From positions 162,192,001 through 162,256,000 of the forward strand of contig OX597816.1 in NCBI GenBank assembly GCA_951406725.2: a stretch of DNA of 64,000 nucleotides, given 5' to 3'. Positions 12,850-26,440 of this stretch are shown here, piece by piece. The translations under genes and the position numbers were made by a program. Every line of letters begins with the position of its first letter. Within the stretch, counting starts at the first letter, position 1. The notes beneath the pieces were generated by a model, which ran no database searches, had not been told where the DNA came from, and saw nothing but the letters and a program-made list of their open reading frames with translations. The stretch comes from Octopus vulgaris (taxonomy: Eukaryota).

Positions 12850-13965
12850 CATGTATGTATCAAATAATATATATATGTAAACATATAATTCTCACTCTCT
12901 GTCTATTGCTGTATCTACCTTCCCCACTCCTCATACACACATCTCCATGTGTGAATTGTTTCACAGTGTTACCCACCCAGTATTTGATATCCCAACGGCA
13001 CGTATTTGTGCAAGAAAGGAAATTGTGACATGCATGTGGTATAACTCTGTTTATGAGATTCCTTGTAAATGACAAATTTTACAACCACGTCGCAACCAGC
13101 ACAGCACCGACGGCGACCAACCACCAACGGCACCAACACCACGAGTTGCAGCAGAGTAAAAGAGAAGGAAAGAAAAAAAAATACATAAGAAGCAAACCAG
13201 CGATGTAATAATAATAACAGTAATAATAACTCGGTGTCTATTTTATTTCGCTTTTATTTGGTGCAGCCATCTTGTGAGCGAGGTTTTCTGGCATCGCTTC
13301 ATGCTGGTAATTCTTGGCTATGGCACTATCAATGGGAAATGATGTCTCACCATCACGCAAACACCATGCGGCACATTAACTACCAAATTATAACAACAAC
13401 AGCAACAACAACAATAATAATAATAATGATAATAATAATAATACCAACGGCGACAACGTCAACAACAACGGCAAAACAATAACAGTAATAGGAAAAATGA
13501 TAGTAATTATAAGAGTAACGTCATTATCATCAGGTGCCAATAACACACAGAGACACAGGCAGACATATACAGACACACACACACACACATACACACACAC
13601 ATACGAATATTTATACTCACATAAACACATGCGTAGATGTATGCACGGGAGTAAGACGTAAAAAATGGAAATCATCCTTAGAGCAACTTACTGCTATAAT
13701 AACAATAATAATGCTTTCAGCAGCCGGAGAAATGAATTAACCTTTTCTTTCTCTTGTTTTTAGTGGTGTTCAATTAACTCTAGTCAGCTGTCTGGCACCA
13801 AAAGGGACTAAAAATAATACGTGTATGCGTGTGTGTATATTTCATACATACATACATACATACAGGCATGCATATATATATGCGTGTGTGTGTGTGTGTG
13901 TGTGTAATATAAATGTACATGCATGTATATATTGTACACACATATATATGTGTATATATATATAT

Positions 13966-14144
13966 AGGCGCAGAAGTGGCTGATAGGCGCAGGAGTGGGT
14001 GTGTGGTAAGTAGCTTGCTTACCAACCACATGGTTCCGGGTTCATTCCCACTGCGTGACACATTGGGTAAGTGTCTTCTACTATAGCCTCGGGCCGACCA
14101 AAGCCTTGTGAGTAGATTTGGCAGGCGGAAACTGAAAGAAGCCC

Positions 14145-14145
<1 letters not shown>
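13966..14145 (+). mobile_element. SINE family A, 5' module with a tandemly duplicated 5' end
   Basis: ATAGGCGCAGAAGTGGCTG followed by ATAGGCGCAGGAGTGGGTG, then the standard module. Confidence 0.85.
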
Positions 14146-14214
<69 letters not shown>

Positions 14215-14221
14215 TATATAC

Positions 14222-14257
<36 letters not shown>

Positions 14258-14402
14258 TTGTGTATATATATATTTACCCACAAGAGTAAACACAGAGACA
14301 GGCACAAACAAGGAAAATGCCACTTGTATTTGAACACTATACAAATATTCTTTTAAAAAAACTTTTCTTTTGATTTTTCTAAATTTAATTATTTAATTGT
14401 TA

Positions 14403-14438
14403 CAGTCGAAAAAGTCTCAATGACTGAAACCGGTACTG
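14403..14438 (+). ncRNA. Degenerate minimal hammerhead-like motif
   Basis: Helix I CAG/CTG; core TCGAAAA (decayed CUGAAGA); helix II AGTC-tcaat-GACT; GAAA; palindromic CCGG; UA site. Confidence 0.5.
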
Positions 14439-14483
14439 AAATGTTTTTATAAAATTATTTTAGCATTTTCTATCTTGACCTTG

Positions 14484-14515
<32 letters not shown>

Positions 14516-15289
14516 CACTTACGTACAACTGGTTCACATGCGAAGCGTAATGAGCTGAAAAAAGACTTAATTTAATTTTTAAATCTCGGCAAACAGAGAC
14601 CGGACCTCATTTTGAATTAGTTTAAAGATTATAATCAGACAGCAAGAAATATAGCTAAAAAAATATGGATCAACCCAATTTTTGTAAAATACCGAGAATG
14701 CTTGGCTTATAATCGTCCTGAAATAAAATATATTCATTCTGCAATTGTTGCATACATATTCATATAGTTGCATATCTAGGCACTCTTATATATTTAAATG
14801 ATAAACTTCTGGAAAGTTTTATAGAGTTTTACAGTTTCAGTGATGATGTTAGTAACCATTATAAAGAAACTTAGACGTTCACCTGTAATGTGTGGTGGCT
14901 TTTCCAAATTTTTGTGTCTTATGCGCTTCTATATACTATAAAGTTACTATCTTTAGTTCAACAGCGGCTGAGGAAGTGTACATTAAACCGAGATATTTAG
15001 ATGACCGGCACGGAATTCGTAGTAAATGTTCCATGTTTTTTGTTAACGTTTCATTTGCTGTCCAGTTACTTAGACATCTATTCATAACACCAACTACCTG
15101 TCGAATTGTTGCGCACTCTCAATATTTAAAGTTCTCGATCAGATCAACTAAGGTAATATTACCTAATTACATGTGCATCCATCTATCGAATACACAAACA
15201 CATAAACAAGAACATATATATAATGCATATATATACACACACACATATACATACAGATATGTATACATACATATACATACATACATACA

Positions 15290-15323
<34 letters not shown>

Positions 15324-15324
15324 C

Positions 15325-15416
<92 letters not shown>

Positions 15417-15548
15417 ATACGTACATATACAGAGAGAAGCACGAATGTATAAATTCATTGATCAGCCTTTTTTATAGGCTACTGCTTTTTTAAAACTTGT
15501 TTCATTTTCTTTTTCGTTACTCTCCCTTCCACCCTCCTTCTTTCTCCC

Positions 15549-15780
<232 letters not shown>

Positions 15781-16475
15781 GCGTAATTTAACTTCTGATC
15801 TTTTTAAAAAAATTTACATTCGAGTCAACTAGTATTCTTGTACTTGTTGTTGTTTGCGATGTTATTACCGTTCTTGTTGTTTTTCTTTTGGCTCTTGTTC
15901 TTCTTCTTATTGTTGTTGTTGTTGTTGTTGTTGTTTTATATTATTGCTGTGATTCTTTTCATTTAGATTTCTACTTTTCTTTGTATATTTTTTTTCTTTA
16001 CTAATCATATAATTCTGTTTGAAATTTCATGCAGTTAGCTTTAGCTAATGAATAATTCCCTCGTATTGATGAACTGACGTGGAAACATCGCATGAAAGGC
16101 CTAGTGAAACGACTCTAACAAATTGATAAACGTTGCTTAGTTCTCTATATGCGTCGTTCATGTGAAATTGCATTAGCCGCTTTGATATGCAATTTTATAA
16201 GAATTTCTATTCAGTATTTGCACCTTACTTGCTAGATTACATTGGTTCCAATGAAAGTTAGCGAATAGTAGGAAAAATGGTTTATTTCCTATATATGTAT
16301 GAGTTTCTATATATGTATATATATATATAGATATATGTACAATGTATATATTTATATATATGTATATATATATATATATATATATACATATGTGTATATA
16401 TATACATACATATGGATATACATATGTATACTTATATATACACATATGTATTTATGTATATATATATAAATATGT

Positions 16476-16516
<41 letters not shown>

Positions 16517-16564
16517 CAAACATACATATATCTATATCAATATACCTATACATACATACATACA

Positions 16565-16600
<36 letters not shown>

Positions 16601-17110
16601 TATATATATTAACTTGCATACATAATTGTGTGTGTGTTCGTGTGTATTATATAATCACGTAACTCATAGATTGTTTAAATGAGAAATCAGCTGTATGATT
16701 GTATATCGATTTTGTTAGCGGCTTGTGTTAAGCTGTGATAGATTTTTCTTTGGCAAACCCCCGATAATACATAATTGTGGATGGTGTGCCTTGTGCAAGA
16801 ATGAGTTTCGAGAAGTTTGATTTACAGAATATTGATTAAGATGCGTGTTAGTTAAACATGTACTTTCTATGAAGGCACATGTAAAATTAACCCACGATAA
16901 TCTTGTTTGGGATACAAACCCACTCTGCTAATTGAATATGTATATGCATACAGGTGTACATATATGTCTATGAATGTATGTGTGTATCTGGGTTGTTTAT
17001 GTACGTATATGTAAATAATATGTAAGAACAGAGAGAGCGAGGGTTGTAAGAAATTGAATAGGGATTGCAGATTATAGAATGTATGCGTGCTTATCTCTCT
17101 CTCTATTTAT

Positions 17111-17220
<110 letters not shown>

Positions 17221-17399
17221 AAATATGTATATACATATATGTACATACATATATACGTATATATATATACTAGTATGTATATATAAATATATACATAGAT
17301 ACAAGAATATGTTTATATATACATATGGGTGTCTGTATGTATATAGATATATATATATATCTCTCTGTCCCTCTTTGTCTGTCTGTCTGTTTGTTTCAC

Positions 17400-17486
<87 letters not shown>

Positions 17487-17489
<3 letters not shown>

Positions 17490-17890
17490 CGCAGGAGTGG
17501 CTGTGTGGTAAGTAGCTTGCTAACCATTCACATGGTTCCGGGTTCAGTCCCACTGCGTGGCATCTTGGGCAAGTGTCTTCTGCTATAGCCCCGGGCCGTC
17601 CAATGCCTTGTGAGTGGATTTGGTAGACGGAAACTGAAAGAAGCCTGTCGTATATATGTATATATATATGTGTGAGTGTATGTGTCTGTGTGTCTGTGTT
17701 TGTCCCCCTAGCATTGCTTGACAACCGATGCTGGTGTGTTTACGTCCCCGTTTATTAGCGGTTCGGCAAAAGAGACCGATAAAATAAGTACTGGGCTTAC
17801 AAAGAATAAGTCCCGGGGTCGATTTGCTCGACTAAAAGGCGGTGCTCCAGCATGGCCGCAGTCAAATGACTGAAACAAGTAAAAGAGTAA

Positions 17891-17893
<3 letters not shown>
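17487..17893 (+). mobile_element. SINE family A, full length (5' module, internal TA/TG microsatellite, 3' module), flanked by (TA)n
   Basis: A-box-like TGGCTGTGTGG, B-box-like GGTTCAGTCC, CORE-like GCATCTTGGGCAAGTGTCTTC, tail GGCGGTGCTCCAGCATGGCCGCAGTCAAATGACTGAAAC. Confidence 0.9.
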
Positions 17894-17923
<30 letters not shown>

Positions 17924-18139
17924 CATATATCGGTCTGCCTATACATGTGTACGTGTGTGTATATGTATGTATTTATTAAGATACAGATGGATTATCAGAT
18001 GCCATTATTGAGAGCAGATACACATCAATGTTTGTGATAATTACATTTTCATGTGTATATTCTCATATTCTCGAGTGGCATTTTAAATCGCCCAGCATGT
18101 ATATACGCACACTTATATTTACATACACATATAAACTCA

Positions 18140-18218
<79 letters not shown>

Positions 18219-18267
18219 ATATAAACATCTATCTGTTTATCAGTCTCTGTGTGATTATATATTTGTG

Positions 18268-18302
<35 letters not shown>

Positions 18303-18312
18303 ACATAATATA

Positions 18313-18425
18313 CAATAGAACCTCGCATTACGAGTATCCCATTGTAAGCGTAATTTGCTGTACGAGCCGAGATTTGTGTGAATTTTCATCTTGAAGTACA
18401 AGCGGAAATCCTCAGTACCAGTATA
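18313..18425 (+). mobile_element. Possible pogo/Tigger-like terminal fragment
   Basis: TA|CAATAGAACCTCGCATTACGAG resembles the CAGT-N4-CCTCG Tigger-type TIR; no partner TIR found. Confidence 0.35.
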
Positions 18426-18524
18426 CAAATCATCCTATCTTTAAGGTAATCCAGTAAATAAAAGCAGTTTACATATTTCTTTTGAATTCTCTTTCTTATA
18501 ATTGTCATTTAACTTGTAACTACA

Positions 18525-18790
18525 ACGGAACAGCTTGCTCATGAAATTAACGTGCAAGTGGCTGAGCACTCCACAAACATGTGTACCCTTAACGTAGTTC
18601 ACAGGGAGATTGAGCCCGACACAGAGTATGATTAGGCCGGCCCTTCGAAATACAGGTACCACTCATTTTTGCCAGCCGAGTGGACTGGAGCAACGTGAAA
18701 TAAAGTCACTTGTTCAAGGACACAACGCGTCGCCAGGAATTGAACCCACGACCTTACACTTGTAAGCCTAATGCTCTAACCACTAAGCCA
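18525..18790 (-). mobile_element. SINE family B (head type 1)
   Basis: Reverse-complement match to 4355-4645. Confidence 0.85.
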
Positions 18791-18929
18791 ACATATGTAT
18801 GTAGCTACTCTCTCTCTATATATATATACATGCATACACACACCCAAACACATCGCAAGGAGGTACACTTGACACATGACATGCGTTAACATGTGCCTCC
18901 GCGTGACAGTGTAAACTTACATTTAATCA

Positions 18930-19860
18930 AGTATTCTGGGCCTGAAGATTGGTAGATGTTCCGCTTTAGAAATTTACAGAGGATTAGTGGCGGGAAGTGC
19001 TACGACGTCCACAGTGAAACTCTGGGTGCCGGCGAGCACGAACTGGTTAATCTGTTCTGGAGGACTTTCAGGTCGGGAACTATCATGGATAATTTCGAGA
19101 TGTCCCTGGCTTGACAGCACTATTAGGGGCGTTACCGGTTCGAGAAAAGCTCTACAGGCATGGATGCGCTGCCAGAGGGACTTGTCCGAGGTCCGTGCAG
19201 AGTGACGAAACTGTTTTGCACGCCCTCGTTCAGTGTCCGGACATTGTTGACTTGTAAGGTTATGTTGAACAGCTGCTGTCACGTGCGGGATGGATCCGTC
19301 TGTCGGCCAAGTCCGTTGTGAAGATTGCACCGCCGCCCTCCTTCAGTCAGGCAGGCAAGGCAGTTCTCCTTTGCCTGGTGGCTGTGACGGAAGTTGTTTG
19401 GTGAACAAGGCTGAAAGGCATGGAGACAGATACATTTCCCTTTCGTAGAGCTCCCGTTGACTTTTACAAGTTTCACTTGAAAAGGAATTTGAGAGTGGAG
19501 AGGTAAGTGCTGTCCTCGAGTGAGTTTATTGAAAGGTGGATGAAAGTTGCGAAAATGGCCTGTGAGTCGGAGAGAAGAAATTGGAGTGGACACTTTGTCA
19601 TGGAGTTTCAGGGAAATGTCGGAGGTTGGTGTTCCTCGGTTATCCTTAGAGGCGTTCCTGTATCAGGAGGGCCATATCTCTATCATCCTCCCACCCACTT
19701 TTTCTTCTTTCTTCTTCTGTATATCATGCATGTCTTCTCATTCCCAGGGTTTACTTTTTATCTTTTATTTATTTATTATTTCATTATTAAACCCCCAAAC
19801 TTATGTCTGTCTCTGCATTATCCCCCTCATCTTTTGTCCATGTGGCAAATAAATGACAAC
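18930..19860 (+). mobile_element. L1/Tx1-clade LINE 3' fragment (zf-RVT, ORF2 end, 3' UTR), degenerate
   Basis: 19132-19240 reads LPVREKLYRHGCAARGTCPRSVQSDETVLHALVQCP (CCHC zf-RVT pattern); in-frame stops; AATAAA at 19848-19853 followed by (ATC)n(ATT)n. Confidence 0.85.
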
Positions 19861-19885
19861 ATCATCATCATCATCATCATCATCA

Positions 19886-19956
<71 letters not shown>

Positions 19957-20020
19957 GTTATTATTATTATTACTGTTATTAATATTGTCGTTGTTATTTA
20001 TTGTTACTATCATTGTTATC
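19861..20020. repeat. (ATC)n(ATT)n
   Basis: Direct observation. Confidence 0.95.
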
Positions 20021-20588
20021 ATTAGTTTTGCTATTACTATAATTTTTATTTTTCCGTTGTATATCGTCGTTTTTGTTATTTTATCATTATTATTACAATT
20101 TTTGTTGGGGAAGTCGTAGGTGGGATTTGCGGTGTACGATAGTTAATTATATATATTTACAAGGAAATACTTTTGTGTGAGTCTGCTTCCCTATGTTTAA
20201 AATGTGTGCATATATATGTATAATGTTTGTATGCATGTATTCAGGTAAGTATATTTGTGTGTGTATGTATGCGTGTATCTATGTATGAATGTAATTGTAA
20301 TTCTATGAGTATGGCTATGTATATGTATGCAGATATGCATCATCTGGTCGTATGAAAAATTCTAATAAAGATAAAGCTAGATTTTAACAGGGAGCTACCT
20401 TTTATTGGAATTGTGACATCTACTGTGTAATGATATATGTGTAAGCATGCATGTATGTACGTATTTATGTATATATGTATGCATACATGCATGCATGTAT
20501 TTATGAGCACATGTACGTACTTGGTCATGTATATTTTATATTACATGTGAAAGAGTAAATTCGCCCCAATGTTATATCTCCCTATATA

Positions 20589-20661
<73 letters not shown>

Positions 20662-20709
20662 GCATATATACATATGTGTGTGTGTGTGTGTGCCTCTGTG
20701 TGTGTGCGT

Positions 20710-20741
<32 letters not shown>

Positions 20742-21965
20742 TATTATATACGCATATTTGTATGTATACATACATATGTACAGATATATATATAAATGTG
20801 CATGCGGGTGTGTATTTGTATGTGTGATTGCTTAGATAGATACGGTAGAAAACCTTTGGTATCTTACATGTTGAAGGATGGTGCACTAGTAGGAATTTTT
20901 ACTGCAGACATTCCTCTACCCACAATACTATATGAAGCAAGATCTCGGTATGAGAAACAGACAAGGGCGGCGGTGTCAAAATCTGTCATTCACCAAGTGA
21001 GCCAGCCACCAGGAAGAAAGCACATGCAATAGTGGTGGTATGAAATATCTCATCACTCAGAAGATATCAAGCACGAAGAAGGCTATGAAAGAGTTACAAA
21101 AATAGCAGTGTTCCAACATGATCATGACAGCTTGGCTGAAATACATTAAAAAAATTAAAGAAATAACAATGCACATACATGCAAATATACTGTTGCGTGT
21201 GGGCCCCCTTGTAGTTGTGGTGAGCCCGGTGAGTCTCCTGGCAACCTATATTTTAGATCCTGTCCGCCACCGTACATACATACACACATAATACATACAT
21301 GCATGTATGCATGCATGAATACATACATACACACACGCACACATAGACACACAAACAAACGCACACACACACACACGTATATATACACACATATAACAAG
21401 AACAAAAATGGAGAAAATCACATCTTTAATTGATGATTACACCATACATTACCGACGATCAATCCTATTGTGCCAGCATATTTAGATGCAGAAAAAGCTA
21501 AAAAATATAAGTCAAATGAATATATCCAAAAATATATACTAGCACAACGAGAAAAGCCAGTTTAGTATTTAACTTTTGATGACGTCAGTAGATAACCAAA
21601 GAATAAGAAATAAACATATAAGTTCTGTCCCATGACAATTAGAAACAGAAAATTTTCGTCAAATATGCTAAAATTGGTTTAGAAAAATTATGCATATTAG
21701 ATTACAAGAAAAGCAATTATAATGAGTGGGTTATTTATTATTATTTATGAGAAAATTTCAGTGTGAAATTATTCCTACAATTTAATAATACTAATTTAGA
21801 AGTAATTATAAAATACATTTCTTCAGGGTAAAGATCACATTTAAGATTACCAGCATTATAAAATGGTGCGTAATTAATAATGGACTATTTTATATCATAG
21901 TTAATGATCTCCGTCTTTTAAATATCAAATGCATTAACTTAAATGAAGAAGAATGGTTATGTAAT

Positions 21966-22320
21966 CTAGATTTCCAAATTGTAGCAAGAGAACGTATATA
22001 ATAATATGTGTAATCCTTGCTTTAACTTTTCATTGATACACTGTATTTTTTCTACAACACTGATTTTCAAAAGGGCAGAAAATTCTATTTTTGATATTAC
22101 AAGGCATTCATTCACTTGTATGTGGTTCTCATGGTTAAAGGAGTTAATACTAATCCTCCTCTCAGAAGTAGGTGTTAAAGCATGATTATTCGCAGTATTA
22201 TATTCACTATTATAAGCAGGCGTTATCTTAAGGATAATAATTTCACAGTCGGTATTACATTTACCTAAAATATCGAAATCTATGTCAAGAAAATTGTCAG
22301 AAAAGTTCACAATTCGCACT
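21966..22320 (-). mobile_element. Possible highly decayed Penelope RT-thumb remnant
   Basis: ORF reads NFLDIDFDI...SERRISINS...FSALLKIS, loosely matching PLE VNFLDVTFDL...RRLSxxSS...YxxALxxSG. Confidence 0.3.
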
Positions 22321-22779
22321 ATTGGTTCTACTCATGTTTACTAATTTCGAGCTAAGATTCTGTTTAATTTTATTTTTGTTATGTGCTGCTATAATTTCAG
22401 TTAAATTTCTGGTGGTTGAATAAGAAAATTTTACGCTGTGGCGAACAAATAATTTCATATACTTACTTCAAGGTGGGAAATATCTAAACATTACAGCACA
22501 GAATTTCCTTGGAATATTAATAGCTATGCAATAGGTGAATGGTGCATTATACCAGATAATATTCCTTGATTTAATCTTTATGTTATTTATATACACGCTT
22601 TTCTTCATATTAACATTGTCAACATTTGACATTCTCTTGCCGTAATTTTTATCTTAAATTTATACATATCTATCGACACATTAACACTATTATCATTCAT
22701 ATACACACAACAGATCAGAGTCTAAACTTTAGATTGTTAAAAAAGAAAATTTCCTACCCTCGGGCTACAGTTGTCATTA

Positions 22780-22829
<50 letters not shown>

Positions 22830-22833
<4 letters not shown>

Positions 22834-23308
22834 GCGTCTTCTTTCAATTCTGTTTCCATTTCTTGACGAGTGCCTTCGAGATACCTAGGGCAGAGAAACG
22901 TACTGTAGGCCATTAAAATAAACACACCAGCTTGTTCATTTACAAAGTCATGTGATAGAAAAAATGGGACGACAGAGAGAAAAAGGGAAAAAAATCAAAA
23001 ATCATAAAGTATACAAATAAAATAAAGGGAGAAAAGGAAAGAAAATTCACAGCATTAATGCTCTCCTCAATACGTGTGACGTACCAGTTAAGACGATCTC
23101 TTGTATTTCCTATATGGATCATTCTTAAATAATTTTATTTATTTAAATAATTTTATGTAAGAATGATCCCCTTCCAGGGATCATTCCTAAATAATTTTCA
23201 GTTCCTTTTTTGATCAGTCCAAGTGCTCCTACAATCACTTCTATTATAACCGTCTTCAGATGTCGCATTTTTTCGATTTCGATTAGCAAATCTTTATATT
23301 TTCTGAGG
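22830..23308 (-). mobile_element. R4/Dong-clade LINE 3' end (RLE-domain C-terminus), probably interrupted by the repeat at 22935-23115 and ending in (TAA)n
   Basis: 23143-23308 reads LRKYKDLLIEIEKMRHLKTVIIEVIVGALGLIKKGTENYLGMIPG; on the minus strand the putative 3' end ...GAAAGAAGACGC runs into (TAA)n at 22785-22832. Confidence 0.8.
22935..23115 (-). repeat. Unclassified interspersed repeat, homologous to 8790-8960
   Basis: Shared motif described for 8790-8960. Confidence 0.7.
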
Positions 23309-23311
23309 TAT

Positions 23312-23485
23312 AGTGCACCCATCCTAATAATTGACATAGCAGTATCAGGAAATCAACATATCCTCATGAAGAAAGAGAGAAGATTGATAAATATGGAGAC
23401 CTGAGAATTGAGATCGCTAAAATTGTGGCAGCTACGAGAGTCAAACATAAAGGTTATCCCTATTGTCATCGGAGCATTGGGTTTT
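23312..23485 (+). mobile_element. R4/Dong-clade LINE RLE fragment, second subfamily, opposite strand
   Basis: ILIIDIAVSGNQHILMK(fs)EKIDKYGDLRIEIAK(fs)LWQLRESNIKVIPIVIGALG. Confidence 0.8.
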
Positions 23486-23906
23486 ATCAAATTTCTATGT
23501 GTTTATACGAATGATGAAATGAATTCTCATTTTCAAAAGTAAAATAAAAGTAAAATATATTTATTACCTTAAAATATAACTAAATAAAACTTTCTCTTTT
23601 GCATTACTCCTCACATAATTAGTCCATCGTTAATACCGTTTCCTCCACCTTATCCTCTTCCCGACACCAGACCTAATATGTGCACTCATCCTGCACCGTT
23701 TATGCTAACTCTTTCTATATCTATTTTTTATTCTCTTCCCCCTCTCTCTATTTGATTTAAGATGTGTGGAGATTTCAACCAATAAGGCGACCATCCAGCC
23801 TTTATACCGGTTGTTACTAGAGAGGGATACATTATAATTATATCTAATTATTTTAAATCCCTTTTAGCATCGAAAGTATGTCCGCATATTTTTGTACACA
23901 TATTTA

Positions 23907-24471
23907 TTGGGTTGTCCGGAAAGTTCGTGCCGATTTTTAAAGGAAAGAAAAAGGTCAATAAATACTTACCATTACATTTTTAATCAACCAAATATGAACT
24001 GTTTTCTTGCACAATGCATCTTCATCTTTCCTTTAGCTTTAAAATACCCTCTTCCCAGAATTGAGGTGCTTTCATGGCAAAGAATTCATCTAGGTATCTT
24101 TTTACGTTATCCAAGGAATTGAAATTTTTATCATTAAGTCAATTCAGCAGAGATCTGAATAAGTGGAAATCCGAAGGAGCAATATCTGGTGAATATGGAG
24201 GGTGGGGTAACACATCCCAGCCGAGCTGCAGCAATTTTTGTCTGATTCTCAAAGCATCAAGTGCCGAAAATGAATTTTCTTATATTCCATTTTAAAGGGT
24301 TACAAAATTAACTCAGGTTATAGGAACATAAACCTTCTTCCACGAAAAGACAGCTTAATTGTGCTTTAAATGGAGGAGTAGTCAAATCCTATTTTATGGA
24401 TTCAACCATGTTCTAAAATAAGTCGAAAGGTAAGCTACTATAAATCGGCACGAACTTTCTGGACAACCCAA
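23907..24471 (-). mobile_element. Mariner (DD34D-type) internally deleted element, 565 bp
   Basis: 30-bp TIRs at 23907-23936 and 24442-24471 (one mismatch); TA on both sides; minus strand reads QKLLQLGWDVLPHPPYSPDIAPSDFHLFRSL. Confidence 0.95.
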
Positions 24472-24750
24472 TATAAATATTATAAGACTCACCTACATTT
24501 CTAGTTTATGTTTTACAGAGCTCAAACTTACTTTTGTTTTCTCTTTCATGGCTTAAAAAAAACTATATATAACTGGAATTTGATGGAACCGAATAAGTAG
24601 TCAGCAACTACCACCACACAAAAATAGTTTCATGCGTAAGTAATAAATATATTATAAAAAGTGAAGATGCAGTGAATTTAGAGGAGGTGTATCATATTTC
24701 TTGTTTTATGTGAAGCAACTCTGTCACATGTCATGTCAAACCTTTTTCAG

Positions 24751-24908
24751 TTTTAGGTATAGTGAATAAACAAGGAGTGCTCAACCAGTATGTCAATGTT
24801 CTTGAAGGAACCAGACCAATATTGAGTGGCATAGAAGCGAAAGCGACATTAATAGAAATAGATCATCGACTAAAAGATGGTTTCTATGGATATCTGGCAT
24901 ACTTTTAG
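24751..24908 (+). other. Candidate isolated coding exon (unverified)
   Basis: Non-repetitive stretch after CCTTTTTCAG/TTTTAG acceptor-like sites; open frame LGIVNKQGVLNQYVNVLEGTRPILSGIEAKATLIEIDHRLKDGFYGYLAYF*; no family recognised. Confidence 0.25.
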
Positions 24909-24956
24909 AGACAGACAAAAGTAATTATGTCTTATGAAGACAAGGAATTAAATTTA

Positions 24957-25505
24957 GGAGTGACTGTATGGTTAAGAAGTTCGCTTTGCAGTCACGTGGT
25001 TTTGGGTTTTCTTCGACTAAACTTTTGAAGCATTTCACGGAATTGGACTGCGGCCACGCTGGGGCACCACCTCGAAGGGTTTAATCAAACAAATCGACCC
25101 CAGGACATATTTTTTGGTTTAAGACAGGAACTTAGTTTTATTTTACGGAATCGTTAGATTACTTGAACGTAAACAAACCAGCAACGGTTCTGAAGCAGTG
25201 GGATGAGCAAAATCGCACACACATATATTATATGTAAGCTTCCACACAGATTCCTTCTATCAAATTCCGTCTCAAGGCATTAAGCAAGCCAGGGCTGTAG
25301 CAGAAGTCACCCAATGTACTGCGGTTCGTTGTGTTCTTGAGAAAAATCTTTATTTCACGTTGCACCATTCCACTCAGCTGTAAATGAACAACCTAGCACC
25401 AAACCTGATTCCTATTCAGCGGCTGTATTTTGGTATCGGTTTCTTATACGACATGGAAACCGAGTAATGATCCGATGGGTCTCAGGACTCGAGGCAGTAT
25501 TTACT
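24957..25505. mobile_element. Cluster of diverged SINE A fragments (both strands) and a SINE B-type fragment
   Basis: A head at 24957-25010 (+); A 3' and 5' modules at 25040-25310 (-); B core TTGTGTTCTTGAG...TTTATTTCACGTTGC from ~25325 (+). Confidence 0.7.
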
Positions 25506-25674
25506 TTTAGGTCAAACGTCGTAGGTTCAACCGTCGCTGATTGAGTAACCAAGATCAAGCGCGATTAAAGAAGAACATACTCTTCAAATTGTGCCCATGT
25601 AATTTCTTTTTCACACTATATATTTATCTAAGACTATATTTTACAATGTGTCCTTTCTAATTTTTCAAGAAAGT

Positions 25675-25930
25675 GTGAGAAGTTTGCTTCCCAACCACAT
25701 GGATGTGGGTTCATTCCTACTGCGTGACACTTTGGGTGAGAGTCTTCTACTATATATAGCTTGACAACCGATGCTGGTGTGTTTATGTCCCCGTCACTTA
25801 GCGGTTCGGCAAAAAAGACCGATAGAATAAGTACTGGGCTTACAAAGAATAAGTACCGGGGTCGAGCTGCTCGATTAAAGGCAGTGCACCAGCATGGCCG
25901 CAGTCAAAATGACTGAAACAAGTAAAAAGA
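25675..25930 (+). mobile_element. SINE family A with an internal deletion joining the 5' and 3' modules
   Basis: ...GTCTTCTACTATATATAGCTTGACAACCGATGCTGG... Confidence 0.85.
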
Positions 25931-25980
25931 GAAAAAGGGAAAAAGAGATTATGTAAATAGAGGAAATCTATCTGTAAAAT

Positions 25981-26086
25981 AATATGTGACAATTATTCCA
26001 ACCGAAGAGATGGTGTTGTGGATTTCCACCTCGGCATCCGAAACCTAGAGTTTTATCTTGGCTATTGAATAATTGTTACATATTAT
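25981..26086 (+). ncRNA. Hammerhead-like motif (same family as 63003-63073) enclosed by an 18-bp inverted repeat
   Basis: CCGAAGA-GATG...GTGG(attt)CCAC...CATC-C-GAAA-CCTAGAG-TT; flanks AATATGTGACAATTATTC / GAATAATTGTTACATATT. Confidence 0.5.
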
Positions 26087-26091
26087 TTTAG

Positions 26092-26143
<52 letters not shown>

Positions 26144-26146
26144 GTA

Positions 26147-26240
<94 letters not shown>

Positions 26241-26259
26241 CTGCCTGTTTGTCTCTGTC

Positions 26260-26440
26260 TGTGTCCCCCCCAACTACCGCTTGACAACTGGTTTTGGTGT
26301 CTTTGCACACTCGCAACTTAGCGGTTCGTCAATAGAAACATGATAGCATAAGTACCAGGCTTAAACAAGTCAGTACTGGGCTCGTTTAGTCAGAGTAAAA
26401 TTCTTCAAGGCAGGCCCTCCCCATGGCCGGGGTCTAATAC
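26260..26440 (+). mobile_element. SINE family A, 3' module (diverged)
   Basis: CGCTTGACAACTGG...AACTTAGCGGTTCG...ATAAGTACCAGGCTT. Confidence 0.75.

Noticed and set aside
20796-21032. 78-aa ORF in unique-looking sequence
   Set aside because: Starts in a microsatellite; no homology recognisable by eye
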